Notes under the pieces: model-generated | The model's input: the letters and a program-made list of their open reading frames with translations, nothing else | What the model was told of the DNA's origin: nothing | Database searches by the model: none | NCBI GenBank assembly: GCA_008369845.1 | Contig: MRSU01003133.1 | Span: 62,001-89,197 of the forward strand | DNA: 27,197 nt | DNA from: Trichomonas gallinae | Lineage: Eukaryota | Reading direction: 5' to 3' | Shown here: positions 11,462-20,245 of the stretch, one piece after another | Layout of the letters: every line of letters starts with the position of its first letter | Numbering within the stretch: position 1 is the stretch's first letter | Translations under genes and position numbers: made by a program

Positions 11462-11854
11462 ATGCAGGTTAAAGGCATTGGTCTTTACGCAATTGACACT
11501 GATAAAGAGAAGCAGTGGTTCGAAAAATACCTGGATGCCCATGTTATCGCTTCGTATGCATCAGAAGAAACTGATTCAAATGATAAAAAAATGAATTATA
11601 CGCTTGGATTCAAGGAAGGTCTTCAGCTTGAGATCAGATATGCACCACAAAAGGCTGAAAACTTGGGATTATTCTTTACGGGTATTCATCATATTGCTTT
11701 CAGTCTTGGCAGTGAAGAGAAAGTTAACGAGCTTACTGCAAGACTAAAAGATGATGGTTTTCAGGTCATTTCTGGTCCTAGAAGAACAGGTGATGGATAT
11801 TGGGAAAGCTGCGTCTACGATCCTGAAGGAAATCAGATAGAGTTCACTGTCTAA
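11462..11854 (+). CDS. VOC (glyoxalase/bleomycin-resistance/dioxygenase) family protein, bacterial type
   Basis: GIHHIAFSLGSEEKVNELTARLKDDGFQVISGPRRTGDGYWESCVYDPEGNQIEFTV closely follows the gut-anaerobe (Bacteroidetes/Firmicutes) VOC consensus HIAFS.GS...VD.LT..L...G.....PR.TGDGYYES...DPEGN.IE. Stacked Inr motifs at 11437-11456. Confidence 0.93.
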   Translation: MQVKGIGLYAIDTDKEKQWFEKYLDAHVIASYASEETDSNDKKMNYTLGFKEGLQLEIRYAPQKAENLGLFFTGIHHIAFSLGSEEKVNELTARLKDDGFQVISGPRRTGDGYWESCVYDPEGNQIEFTV

Positions 11855-11944
11855 TTAATATACCATAGCAATTTATGTCTCTTTTTTAATGTATAAAAAA
11901 AAAATATCATGAAAATAAAAAGTACCGTTTATAATATGACTTAA

Positions 11945-12499
11945 TTAGCAACATTTCTTCTTTTGGCTAGCTAACAATGCCTTCTTTTGATTTTCATCTT
12001 CAAGATAAAAATCTTTGATAAGATCTACCAAATAGTCTATATTTTCATTTGATAGGGCGGATCCTTGAATATGGGCCTTGACTATGTCAGCATATCGTTG
12101 ATCGTTTGCTGTAATTGCGTGTTCAGATAAATCTGTTTTGTTTCCAAAAATAATTTTTGGTACTTGAGGATCAATGATGTCTTGGTCATTCCATCCCTTT
12201 ATGTTGTCATATGTTTCAGATCTTGTAACATCGTATACAAAAACGAAAAGATTTGCGTCTCGATAATGATTCTTAGCAAGGTCAGCAAGTGTTTGCTGTC
12301 CAGGAACATCCCAAAAACTAAGTAGTATCTTTTCGTCATTTATTGTCACTTCCTTTTCATAACAATTTAATTGAGTTGTGGCTGTAATCGAATTCGCATC
12401 GTATATGCCTTTATGTATGCGTGTAATAATGCATGTCTTTCCAACGCCACAGTCGCCGAGAAATGAGATTTTTACCTTCTTCAGATTCTCCTGTGACAT
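11945..12499 (-). CDS. Rab-family small GTPase (divergent, trichomonad-expanded type)
   Basis: G1 GDCGVGKT, G3 WDVPGQ, RabF-like HYRDA, FVYDVT, G4 NKTD, G5 SAL, and a C-terminal CC prenylation motif. Start moved to MSQENLKK (ATG 12499) because Inr TCATTTT at 12507-12513 (-) precedes it and the upstream extension is poly-T promoter sequence. Confidence 0.93.
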   Translation of the reverse strand: MSQENLKKVKISFLGDCGVGKTCIITRIHKGIYDANSITATTQLNCYEKEVTINDEKILLSFWDVPGQQTLADLAKNHYRDANLFVFVYDVTRSETYDNIKGWNDQDIIDPQVPKIIFGNKTDLSEHAITANDQRYADIVKAHIQGSALSNENIDYLVDLIKDFYLEDENQKKALLASQKKKCC

Positions 12500-12645
12500 T
12501 ATAAAAAAAATGACTTGCAAAAAAAATCCATCAAAATTTTTATGAAAAAAAAACTCCAATTTTTTTGTCATGTAAAATTATGTAAATTTATATTTTGTCA
12601 TATAAATATCAAAATTGCGTTAATTTAATTTGGCAAAATATTTGT

Positions 12646-13653
12646 ATGTCAGCTCCTCCTTCAGATCCAATAGAAAATTTGGTTGAAAAGCTCAATTCTG
12701 GGAACTTTAAGAATGTCCTTGTATTGACAGGAGCAGGCATTTCAACTAGTGCTGGAATTCCTGATTTTAGATCACCAAAAATCGGTTTATACGCAAGTCT
12801 TAAATCAGCTTCACACTTTCAGTTCCGCTCTCCAACATTTGTTTTCGATATTGGCGTATTTAAGAAAGATCCAAAACCATTTTGGTGGGTTTTCTGCAAC
12901 TTATGGCCAAAACAAGAGTGGCCCTCACCTACTGATATGCATTTTCTCATTGGATTCCTTAATAAAAAAGGTATATTAAAGCGCGTTTATACCCAAAATG
13001 TTGATTCTCTCGAAATTCCTGCTGGTTTACCAGCAGATAAACTTGTACAATGCCATGGAACGCTAAGCAAAGCTCATTGCTATGATTGCAGGCATGAAGT
13101 TGAAATGTCAAATTTACTCCGGCAAATACAACCAAATCTAGCTAAAGAAGACAGAACAATTGAGACAACAATTGTTCCACACTGTCCACACTGCGGAGGA
13201 GAACATGTGAAACCTGATGTTACTTTTTTCGGTGAAGCTCTTCCTGCAAGATTCTCTCAAACACTAAGTGAAGACTTCAGTGAATGTGACCTATTGATTT
13301 GCTCTGGAACATCACTTGAAGTTTTTCCATTCGCAAGTTTAATTGGTCATTGCAAGGAAGGCATTCCAAGATATGTAATCAACAAAGATCCAGTTCGTGA
13401 GAAGGGTGGAATGCTTAAGTCTGCTTGGAATTTTATTAAGACAGAATTGACATTTGGATTATTTAACTTTAATGGCGATTTTGATTATGGAAATGGTTTG
13501 GATTTCTTTATTGGAGGTGATTTACAAGATGCTGCAAGAGCAATCGTTGAAAAAGCTGGATGGAAAGAAGAATTCGATGCATACAAAGAATCTTGCAAAT
13601 CAATACAAGATCCATTGAAGGTTACAGCTTCTCAAGTTGCATCATTAAATTAA
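12646..13653 (+). CDS. NAD-dependent protein deacetylase, class I sirtuin (SIRT2/Hst2-like)
   Basis: GAGISTSAGIPDFRS, YTQNVDSLE, QCHG (catalytic His), CxxC...CxxC zinc site, KPDVTFFGE, GTSLEVFPFA. First ATG at 12646 (MSAPPSD); the ORF-track start 12595 is a TTG. Confidence 0.95.
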   Translation: MSAPPSDPIENLVEKLNSGNFKNVLVLTGAGISTSAGIPDFRSPKIGLYASLKSASHFQFRSPTFVFDIGVFKKDPKPFWWVFCNLWPKQEWPSPTDMHFLIGFLNKKGILKRVYTQNVDSLEIPAGLPADKLVQCHGTLSKAHCYDCRHEVEMSNLLRQIQPNLAKEDRTIETTIVPHCPHCGGEHVKPDVTFFGEALPARFSQTLSEDFSECDLLICSGTSLEVFPFASLIGHCKEGIPRYVINKDPVREKGGMLKSAWNFIKTELTFGLFNFNGDFDYGNGLDFFIGGDLQDAARAIVEKAGWKEEFDAYKESCKSIQDPLKVTASQVASLN

Positions 13654-14290
13654 TTTGTAAATTTCGAAAAATCCAAAAATCAATTAGTAATTGTAGATTT
13701 TTGAGCTTTTAAAGATTGCAAAATTATTTTATTTAATGTGTAGAGTAATACAATTCTTGTTAAATTGATCAGCATCGATTTAAATCAAATTGCTAAAATT
13801 AGAAAATAGAGTTTTATGTGAAAAATATGTGTGAAAATGCTAGCTACATTTTTCCTGACATGACAAATAAGATTAGAATAATCCATCTCAATAATATTAA
13901 AAAACAAACAAGACGATTATTTTAGGTTCAATTTTTGATGCATTCACACCCATAATATTTATTCTAAAATTTCCCATTCGTTATTTTAAAATTATAAATC
14001 ATTGATACATGAGGTTAAATTTCTTTCGAATTCCAAGAAAATTAACCTCAAGGCGAAATTTTTCTCCTAGAAGCATTCGGCCATTGACAATATCGTTTGT
14101 TTATTTGGGCTATATAGTCTATAACTAATCTATTTCCAATTACTAATCGCAAAATTTTTATTTTTAAAATTTATCTTGTAAAAATAGTCTCTATAAAATA
14201 TACACTATCAAAGAATTCGAAATTTCAATTTTTTCTATGTGTATTGTAAATTTTCGTTTCAATCATTCAAAAGTTATCATTTGCACCACA

Positions 14291-14710
14291 ATGAAGCTTC
14301 CAACAACATTCTCCGGCACAGTCGTTAAAGGTTTCCAGAGGGGCTCCAGACAGCTTGGCTTTCCAACAGCAAACATAGATCCAAAATCATGGACTGTCGA
14401 TCTCCTTGAAAATGATTATGGTGTTTATTGCGGAAAGTGCCGTGTCAATAACGGACCTGAATATAAATGCGTATTTTCCATAGGCAAAAATGTGACATTC
14501 GAAATGACAAAGCCAACTTTCGAAGTTCACATTCTTAATTTTGATGAAGATATCTATGGAGAAAAGATCACGGTTGAAGTTCACCACTTCATTAGAAGAA
14601 TGATCGCATTCAAATCGATCAATGATCTCAAACAAAGAATTTCACAGGATTGCGAAGTGACAACTAATTTCTTTTCAAAAAACAACGCTCCTGTCCTCGA
14701 AAACATGTAA
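14291..14710 (+). CDS. RFK: Riboflavin kinase (monofunctional, eukaryotic FMN1/RFK type)
   Basis: GTVVKGFQRGSRQLGFPTAN signature, GVYCG, SIG.N, EVHIL..FDEDIYGE, FIR, L...I.QD. Inr TCATTT at 14277-14282 supports ATG 14291. Confidence 0.93.
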   Translation: MKLPTTFSGTVVKGFQRGSRQLGFPTANIDPKSWTVDLLENDYGVYCGKCRVNNGPEYKCVFSIGKNVTFEMTKPTFEVHILNFDEDIYGEKITVEVHHFIRRMIAFKSINDLKQRISQDCEVTTNFFSKNNAPVLENM

Positions 14711-15355
14711 TTACTGAATAATTTATGTTTGCAATATATATGTTTATTGCTAATAAACGTGTTTGTTATATTGATTAAAAAAAAACATATCTTTCTTACA
14801 TTTGACAAATAAATTTGGATATGACTTGTAAATATTAATTTTTGTCATGTAAATTGTCGATATGTCAATAAAATTAGGAGATGTGCAAAATATTGACTGT
14901 TTACATAATAAAAATGGCTAAAACGCATTTTAATGGGCTCATCTACAACTATTTGGGCCGTCTACAACTTTTCGTGCAAATTCTATTCGAATAAGAAAAA
15001 CGAGAATTTCTTGAGCTTCTCACTGCTCAGCTGGGTTTTCAAGAATCTATTCAATTTTAGAGGGTGTAAAGTGGCAGAATCAATTTTATCAAAGAATCGA
15101 GGGAAAAATGCATAAATATGTAAAACAACGGATGATAATTAACAATGTGATGGCTTGTCAGTTTTGAGGGACCCGTTTACAGCTCTTCGCTTGTTGGAAA
15201 CTTATGAAAAGAATGACTGAGATTTTTTGACATGTAAAATTTCAAAATGACAAAAAATAGAATTTTGTCGTGTAAATTTGTATTTATGTCATGTAAATGA
15301 ATGTATATATTCCCTTGTTTAATTTTTCAAGACCCTGAAAAATTTCACACGTTAC

Positions 15356-16069
15356 ATGAGTGTTGAGAGCAGCGCCGTCTTCGGTGAAGCCTCGGAGACA
15401 GCTGATGCAGCGCTTGAAATTCCACGCCTTGACAAGATCCCAAATCCTCTTGCTCCAATTAGCCCAACTTATTCTCCAGAAATAGAGGAATTTGATGCAG
15501 AATCTTTCAACGCATATTCGGAATTCACAAAGACAATTCTCCCGAAGTTCGACTTGGCAACTCTCGAAGAAGCCCAACCCGTTGTCGATCATTTAATATC
15601 CAAACTCGAAAATTCAAAAATATCTACCACATACATTGAACTTATGGTTCACGCTTTCTTGCTTTCTTGTTCCTATAAGCAAACGGAGTTGATTTCCAAT
15701 GCTTCTCTCACAAGATTGTCATATCTTCACCATATTTTATATTTATGTTCAGAGGCCATTCATAACTGCTCTAAACTACAGGTCGATCTTCTTGAGCACT
15801 GCAATATGTTGATAGCTGACACAGAGGACTTGTATTACTCGAACTTTTGCGATATCGTTGAACACAAGTTTTGGGGTAAGACAAAATCTGTGAATGATTT
15901 AATTAATGGTATGCTCAAAAAGCAATTTGAGCAGCTCCGTCTATTGAATGATTATACATTTAAGCATTTGACAATATTATCAATGCGAAAATCCATAGAC
16001 AGTGCTCCAACACAAACTGGAAGTGAGCTCCTTAAGTGGGCTCATACAAATAATATTCCTTGCGAATAA
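15356..16069 (+). CDS. Hypothetical protein (237 aa)
   Basis: Long ATG ORF with coding-like codon use. Acidic/Pro-rich N-terminus, then a probably helical region. No recognisable domain. Confidence 0.85.
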   Translation: MSVESSAVFGEASETADAALEIPRLDKIPNPLAPISPTYSPEIEEFDAESFNAYSEFTKTILPKFDLATLEEAQPVVDHLISKLENSKISTTYIELMVHAFLLSCSYKQTELISNASLTRLSYLHHILYLCSEAIHNCSKLQVDLLEHCNMLIADTEDLYYSNFCDIVEHKFWGKTKSVNDLINGMLKKQFEQLRLLNDYTFKHLTILSMRKSIDSAPTQTGSELLKWAHTNNIPCE

Positions 16070-16163
16070 TAATTTTTAGATTATTTTAAATACTATTCAT
16101 GGTTGTTTCGTTGAATAAAATACTCAGTTGTACATAATGATTAAAGCAATTAAAATTAAAATT

Positions 16164-17045
16164 TTAATTAAGATTTTGGTATTGATTTCTCTTGTTACTA
16201 GAGAATCTCTGCTTGAAATTAGCCCACCATCCGGCTGTCTGGTTTGAATCTGCATTAACACCTGGAATCAAAGCGGAATCGACATTAACTTGTGGAACTA
16301 GAGCATCTTCATTAGGATTGGCAGTAGGAGCTGTATAGCCGGCTCCTGGATATGTTGGAGCTGAGCCTGGGTAAGAAGGAGCGGCTCCTGGATATGTTGG
16401 GGCAGCACCAGGATATGATGGAGTTGCGCCTGGATAAGATGGAGCTGCACCAGGATAAGATGGTGCAGCGCCTGGATATGATGGGGCGGCGTCTGGATAC
16501 ATTGGCGGCTGCTCAACTGTAGGCATTGGTGTGCCATCTCTCGAAACGCGAACCACTTCAGCGTCATCTGGCCAACGTAAGAAATCTGCAGAAAAGATAT
16601 GTTCGAATTTTGGTATGTTTGCTGGTTTTGGCTTCGGCTTTGGAGCAGCTGGAGCTGGTTGTGTGTACATATTTGGTGCTCCATAAGCTGGATAAGGAAC
16701 CCCGCCGTATACTGGTGGTGGTGCAGCGTAAGCGCCTGGATATCCGCTTGGTGGAGGAACAGCACCTGGGTAGCCACCAGGTGATGGATAAACGCCTGGA
16801 TAAGCATTGGGAGATGGATATGCTGGAGCTGGTTCATAAGCTGGACTGTATCCACCAGTAGGATATGCAGGAGCATGGCTGGGGCCACTCCTCTGTGGTG
16901 GTGGTTCGTTTTCTGGTGTTTGTAGTAAAATGCTAACTGTATTTTCTTCATTTCCGTTCATTTCCATTAAAATAGCCTCGATTGTATCCCTCCTGTGGTT
17001 TGGGAACATCTCGGCAATCGAATTAACTTTCTGTTGTATAGACAT
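16164..17045 (-). CDS. CUE ubiquitin-binding domain protein with Pro/Tyr/Gly/Ala-rich low-complexity repeats
   Basis: N-terminal SIAEMFPNHRRDTIEAILMEMNGNEENTVSILL contains the CUE MFP and LL signatures. First ATG at 17045; the ORF-track extension is T-rich promoter sequence. Confidence 0.85.
   Translation of the reverse strand: MSIQQKVNSIAEMFPNHRRDTIEAILMEMNGNEENTVSILLQTPENEPPPQRSGPSHAPAYPTGGYSPAYEPAPAYPSPNAYPGVYPSPGGYPGAVPPPSGYPGAYAAPPPVYGGVPYPAYGAPNMYTQPAPAAPKPKPKPANIPKFEHIFSADFLRWPDDAEVVRVSRDGTPMPTVEQPPMYPDAAPSYPGAAPSYPGAAPSYPGATPSYPGAAPTYPGAAPSYPGSAPTYPGAGYTAPTANPNEDALVPQVNVDSALIPGVNADSNQTAGWWANFKQRFSSNKRNQYQNLN
16332..16499 (-). repeat. Eight in-frame 21-bp tandem repeats encoding YPGAAPS-type heptads
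   Basis: YPDAAPS YPGAAPS YPGAAPS YPGATPS YPGAAPT YPGAAPS YPGSAPT YPGAGYT. The copies differ mostly at synonymous positions. Confidence 0.95.
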
Positions 17046-17716
17046 CAAAAAAAATGTTTTTTTGAAAAATTTGTCAAAAAAACTGACAGAAAGAAAAATT
17101 TTCACCGAAAACTGAGAATTATCGGAAATTCCGCAAATTTTAGAGAGCATCGACTTCGATTTGCCTTATATTAGGCTAAGAGTGGTTATATATAGGGGAT
17201 TACGCCCTAAAACTCGGGTTTTTTTATCCATATTGAAAATTTTTTAAAAATTATTAATGAAAATATCTGCACTATACTTGCAGTTATCAAAAATCACATA
17301 AAAATTTAACTCTTATCATGATCGAAATAAGAATTTGACTTTACATGTCAAAAATTTACACTCTTGACCCTTATTTTAGAATCTTTAAGAACAAAGGATG
17401 AAGAATGTCTACAACTTAGTGAAAGATGTTGCATACAAAAAAAGTCATTCTTCTGCAAGAGATAATTTTGAAATAAAAAATAAGTGATTTTTGACAGCAT
17501 CTTATAAAATCGGTATGAATCTTCTGTAGCCAATGACAATCATGTCGTTTATTTTACCTGTTTTCTCTAATCTCGATAAATTATCAAAACATGAAATTCA
17601 AAATGATATCATAAGTTTATTATAAAAAAAGAAGTGAATTATCATATAAAAAGAGAGTTAAATTTTTATTTAAAAAACATCTTCCAAGGTATCCAATCCT
17701 AACAGAGAAAGGCTAC

Positions 17717-20221
17717 TTATTCCTTCTTAGCTTCCTCCTTCTTTGGTTCTTCTGGCTTCTTTTCCTCTTCAAGCTTCTTTTCTTCTTCCTTCTTTTCTTC
17801 AGCCTTAGCTTCTTCCTTCTTCTCGCCTTCCTCTGGCTTCTTCTCGTCCTTCTTTTCATCCTTCTTCTCTTCCTCCTTCTTTGGCTCTGGTTTTGGCTTT
17901 GGCTTGCAGAGAAGCTTCTGGACCTTCTCCTCAATGTTGGCGATTCTGATCTCAGCAGCGTGTGTTGTGAGTGGTGGGTCTAAGTGCTTTGGAGCGTTTT
18001 CGCACTCTGTCTGCTTCTCCTTGAGCCACTCGCCGTACTTCCGGAGCTCGTCTCTGATTGGCTTGCGCTCCTCCTCTGTGATGTGGGAGAACTTCTCGTC
18101 CTTCTGGTCGAGTCTCTTGACTGCCTCGTCCTTGCGCTCGATGAATGTTGTGACGATTCTGTGAACGCCACCGTAGAGGTCTCTTCTTCTGAGGGCTGGC
18201 TCACCGAATTCCTTGAGGACGGAGAGCTGCTTCTCGTACTCAGCAAGTGGGAGTCTGTCGAACTCGTACTCTGAGAACCAGTCGTTGGCTGTGTCAACCT
18301 TCTGGCGGTCTGCGTCCTTTGTCTTTGGATCGAAGTACTCTGGGTAGTCGCGGTCCATGCCAGACATCATTCTGAAGATGTATGACTGGAGATCGTTCTT
18401 TGTGTTGTCGATCTTTTCTTCGAGGAGGTCCTTCTGTTCCATCTGGATTTCGACCTTTCTGAGTTCCTCGATGACCTTGTCAGAGAGTCCGAAGGCTGGT
18501 GTGTATGTGAAGTTGACTGGGATGTTCTTCTTGACTGTCTTGAACTTTGGCTCTTCTGGCTTCTTCTCTTCCTCCTTCTTTTCTTCCTTCTTCTCTTCTT
18601 CTGGCTTCTTTTCCTCTTCCTTCTTCTCTTCAGCCTTGGCCTCTTCCTTCTTTTCGCCTTCCTCTGGCTTCTTCTCGTCCTTCTTTTCATCCTTCTTCTC
18701 TTCGGCCTTCTTTTCTTCCTTCTTTGGCTCTGGCTTCTTCTCCTCCTTGATTTCGATCTGCTCTGTGACGACGATGTTGGCCTCCTTGACGTCAACAACT
18801 GAGTCTGGTGTCATGCGGATCATGACGTAGACTGTGTCGACCTCATCCTTGCCTGTGTCGATGTCGAGAACGCCTAAGTCGCACTCGTCTGTGAAGATTC
18901 TGACGGAGCACTTCCTGGCGACCTTGATTGGGACTTCCATTGTGGAAGGAACCTTGTTGAACTGCTTGAAGAGATCCTTTGTCTTCTTTGTGCCGTCGAC
19001 ATCTGTGTATTCAATCATTGTCTTGTGTGGTGCAACATCCTTGACATTAAGGTTGACGCGGTACTTTGGAGAGAGGATGGCAGCCTGGAAGCCAGCACCC
19101 ATGGCGAAGCACTCATCTGGGTTTAGTGACTGTGTTGGATCGCGGCCGAAGATTTCCTTGATGTGTGTCTTGACGGCGGCAACTCTTGAAGCACCACCGT
19201 GGACTTCGATAGCGAAGAGGTCCTGCTTCTTGACGCCAGCGAGATCGAGGGCCTTGTTGATTGGTTCATCAAGGCGCTTGACGAGGTCGACGATCTTGGC
19301 CTCGAAGTCTTCGCGCTTGAAGTCGAACTTGACATCAATGTCGTTCATGAGGGACTGAACCTCGAATCTAACGACTGGGTTGATGGAGAGGACCTTCTTA
19401 GCACGCTCGACAGCTGTGTTGAAGCGGATCATAGCGCGCTGGTTTGTGCGTGGGTCGATCTTGTACTTCTTGATTGTCATCTCGAGCAATAACTCCTGGA
19501 GAGCGTCTGTGAAGTGTGCACCACCGAAGTGCTCATCGCAGGCGAATGACTTGATGTCGACTGAGCCCTGGCAGAGGTTAGCGATGGAAACGTTCAGTGA
19601 TGAGTCACCGAAATCGATGAATGCGACTGGAACAGCCTTGTCCTTGTCGGCTGGGAGCTTTGTGCGGTGATACATTGAATAGCAGATGGCCTGAGCTGTT
19701 GTTGAGTTCAAGAGCTTCATGACCTTGACGCCAGAGATTTTGGCAGCATCAAGAATGACGCGTCTCTGGCATTCGCTCCACCATGGTGAAACAACGATGA
19801 CGACTTCGTTGCTGGAAGAGCCGTTGAGCTTAGCGATCTTGAGAACTTCCTTTAAGAAGAGAGCGAGCAATTGTTCGATGCGGAGAACCATTGTGTTGTC
19901 GCCATATGTAAGCTCGACACCGATGAAGCCATCGTCGAGCTTAACGAGCTTGAATGGAGTCATCTTCTCGACGACTTCACGATCAGCTGAATCGTATCTC
20001 AAACCGATTAAACGCTTTAAGTTTGTGATTGTGCCTTTAACGTTCTGCATTTGCTGTGTCTTTGCAAACTCACCAGCATACCTTCTGTCGTTATCGATAG
20101 CGACCATTGTTGGTGTGAGGCGCTGTGAGGACTGGTTGTTGACAATATCAACACCACCGTTTTGCGGGAGTGCGATAACGCAGTTCTGATTTCCGAGATC
20201 TACAGCGATGACGGAAGCCAT
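17717..20221 (-). CDS. Hsp110/Sse1-type Hsp70-family chaperone (nucleotide exchange factor)
   Basis: VIAVDLGNQNCVIA...GGVDIVNNQSSQRLTP, FIDFGDS, HFGG, GGASRV, LNPDECFAMGAGFQAAILSP. It has the charged insertion and C-terminal extension of Hsp110 and no EEVD. ATG at 20221; 20227 is a TTG. Strongly C-ending codon bias. Confidence 0.93.
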   Translation of the reverse strand: MASVIAVDLGNQNCVIALPQNGGVDIVNNQSSQRLTPTMVAIDNDRRYAGEFAKTQQMQNVKGTITNLKRLIGLRYDSADREVVEKMTPFKLVKLDDGFIGVELTYGDNTMVLRIEQLLALFLKEVLKIAKLNGSSSNEVVIVVSPWWSECQRRVILDAAKISGVKVMKLLNSTTAQAICYSMYHRTKLPADKDKAVPVAFIDFGDSSLNVSIANLCQGSVDIKSFACDEHFGGAHFTDALQELLLEMTIKKYKIDPRTNQRAMIRFNTAVERAKKVLSINPVVRFEVQSLMNDIDVKFDFKREDFEAKIVDLVKRLDEPINKALDLAGVKKQDLFAIEVHGGASRVAAVKTHIKEIFGRDPTQSLNPDECFAMGAGFQAAILSPKYRVNLNVKDVAPHKTMIEYTDVDGTKKTKDLFKQFNKVPSTMEVPIKVARKCSVRIFTDECDLGVLDIDTGKDEVDTVYVMIRMTPDSVVDVKEANIVVTEQIEIKEEKKPEPKKEEKKAEEKKDEKKDEKKPEEGEKKEEAKAEEKKEEEKKPEEEKKEEKKEEEKKPEEPKFKTVKKNIPVNFTYTPAFGLSDKVIEELRKVEIQMEQKDLLEEKIDNTKNDLQSYIFRMMSGMDRDYPEYFDPKTKDADRQKVDTANDWFSEYEFDRLPLAEYEKQLSVLKEFGEPALRRRDLYGGVHRIVTTFIERKDEAVKRLDQKDEKFSHITEEERKPIRDELRKYGEWLKEKQTECENAPKHLDPPLTTHAAEIRIANIEEKVQKLLCKPKPKPEPKKEEEKKDEKKDEKKPEEGEKKEEAKAEEKKEEEKKLEEEKKPEEPKKEEAKKE

Positions 20222-20245
20222 TATCAAAAATGCTCGGCCAAGTTT

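Noticed and set aside
11462..14710. Reading VOC, GTPase, Sir2 and riboflavin kinase as a prokaryotic operon or Sir2 anti-phage system
   Set aside because: The genes are eukaryotic class I sirtuin, prenylated Rab and RFK, in mixed orientations with individual promoters.
16298..16951. 217-aa His/Gln/Leu-rich alternate-frame ORF and antisense ORFs in the CUE gene
   Set aside because: Frame-shifted readings of the Pro-rich CCA/GCT repeats; the CUE frame explains the sequence.
17141..17225. Short hairpins (GCCT/AGGC, TAGGG/CCCTA), an A-box-like AGTGG and a T7 run suggesting a tRNA or Pol III RNA
   Set aside because: No cloverleaf and no GTTCRA T-loop; stems of 4-5 bp are not significant without expression data.
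17713..20189. Many antisense and alternate-frame ORFs over Hsp110, including the Arg/Ser-rich 17713-17934 and 18367-18798
   Set aside because: By-products of strong codon bias and Lys/Glu repeats in the real gene; no Inr and no independent motifs.
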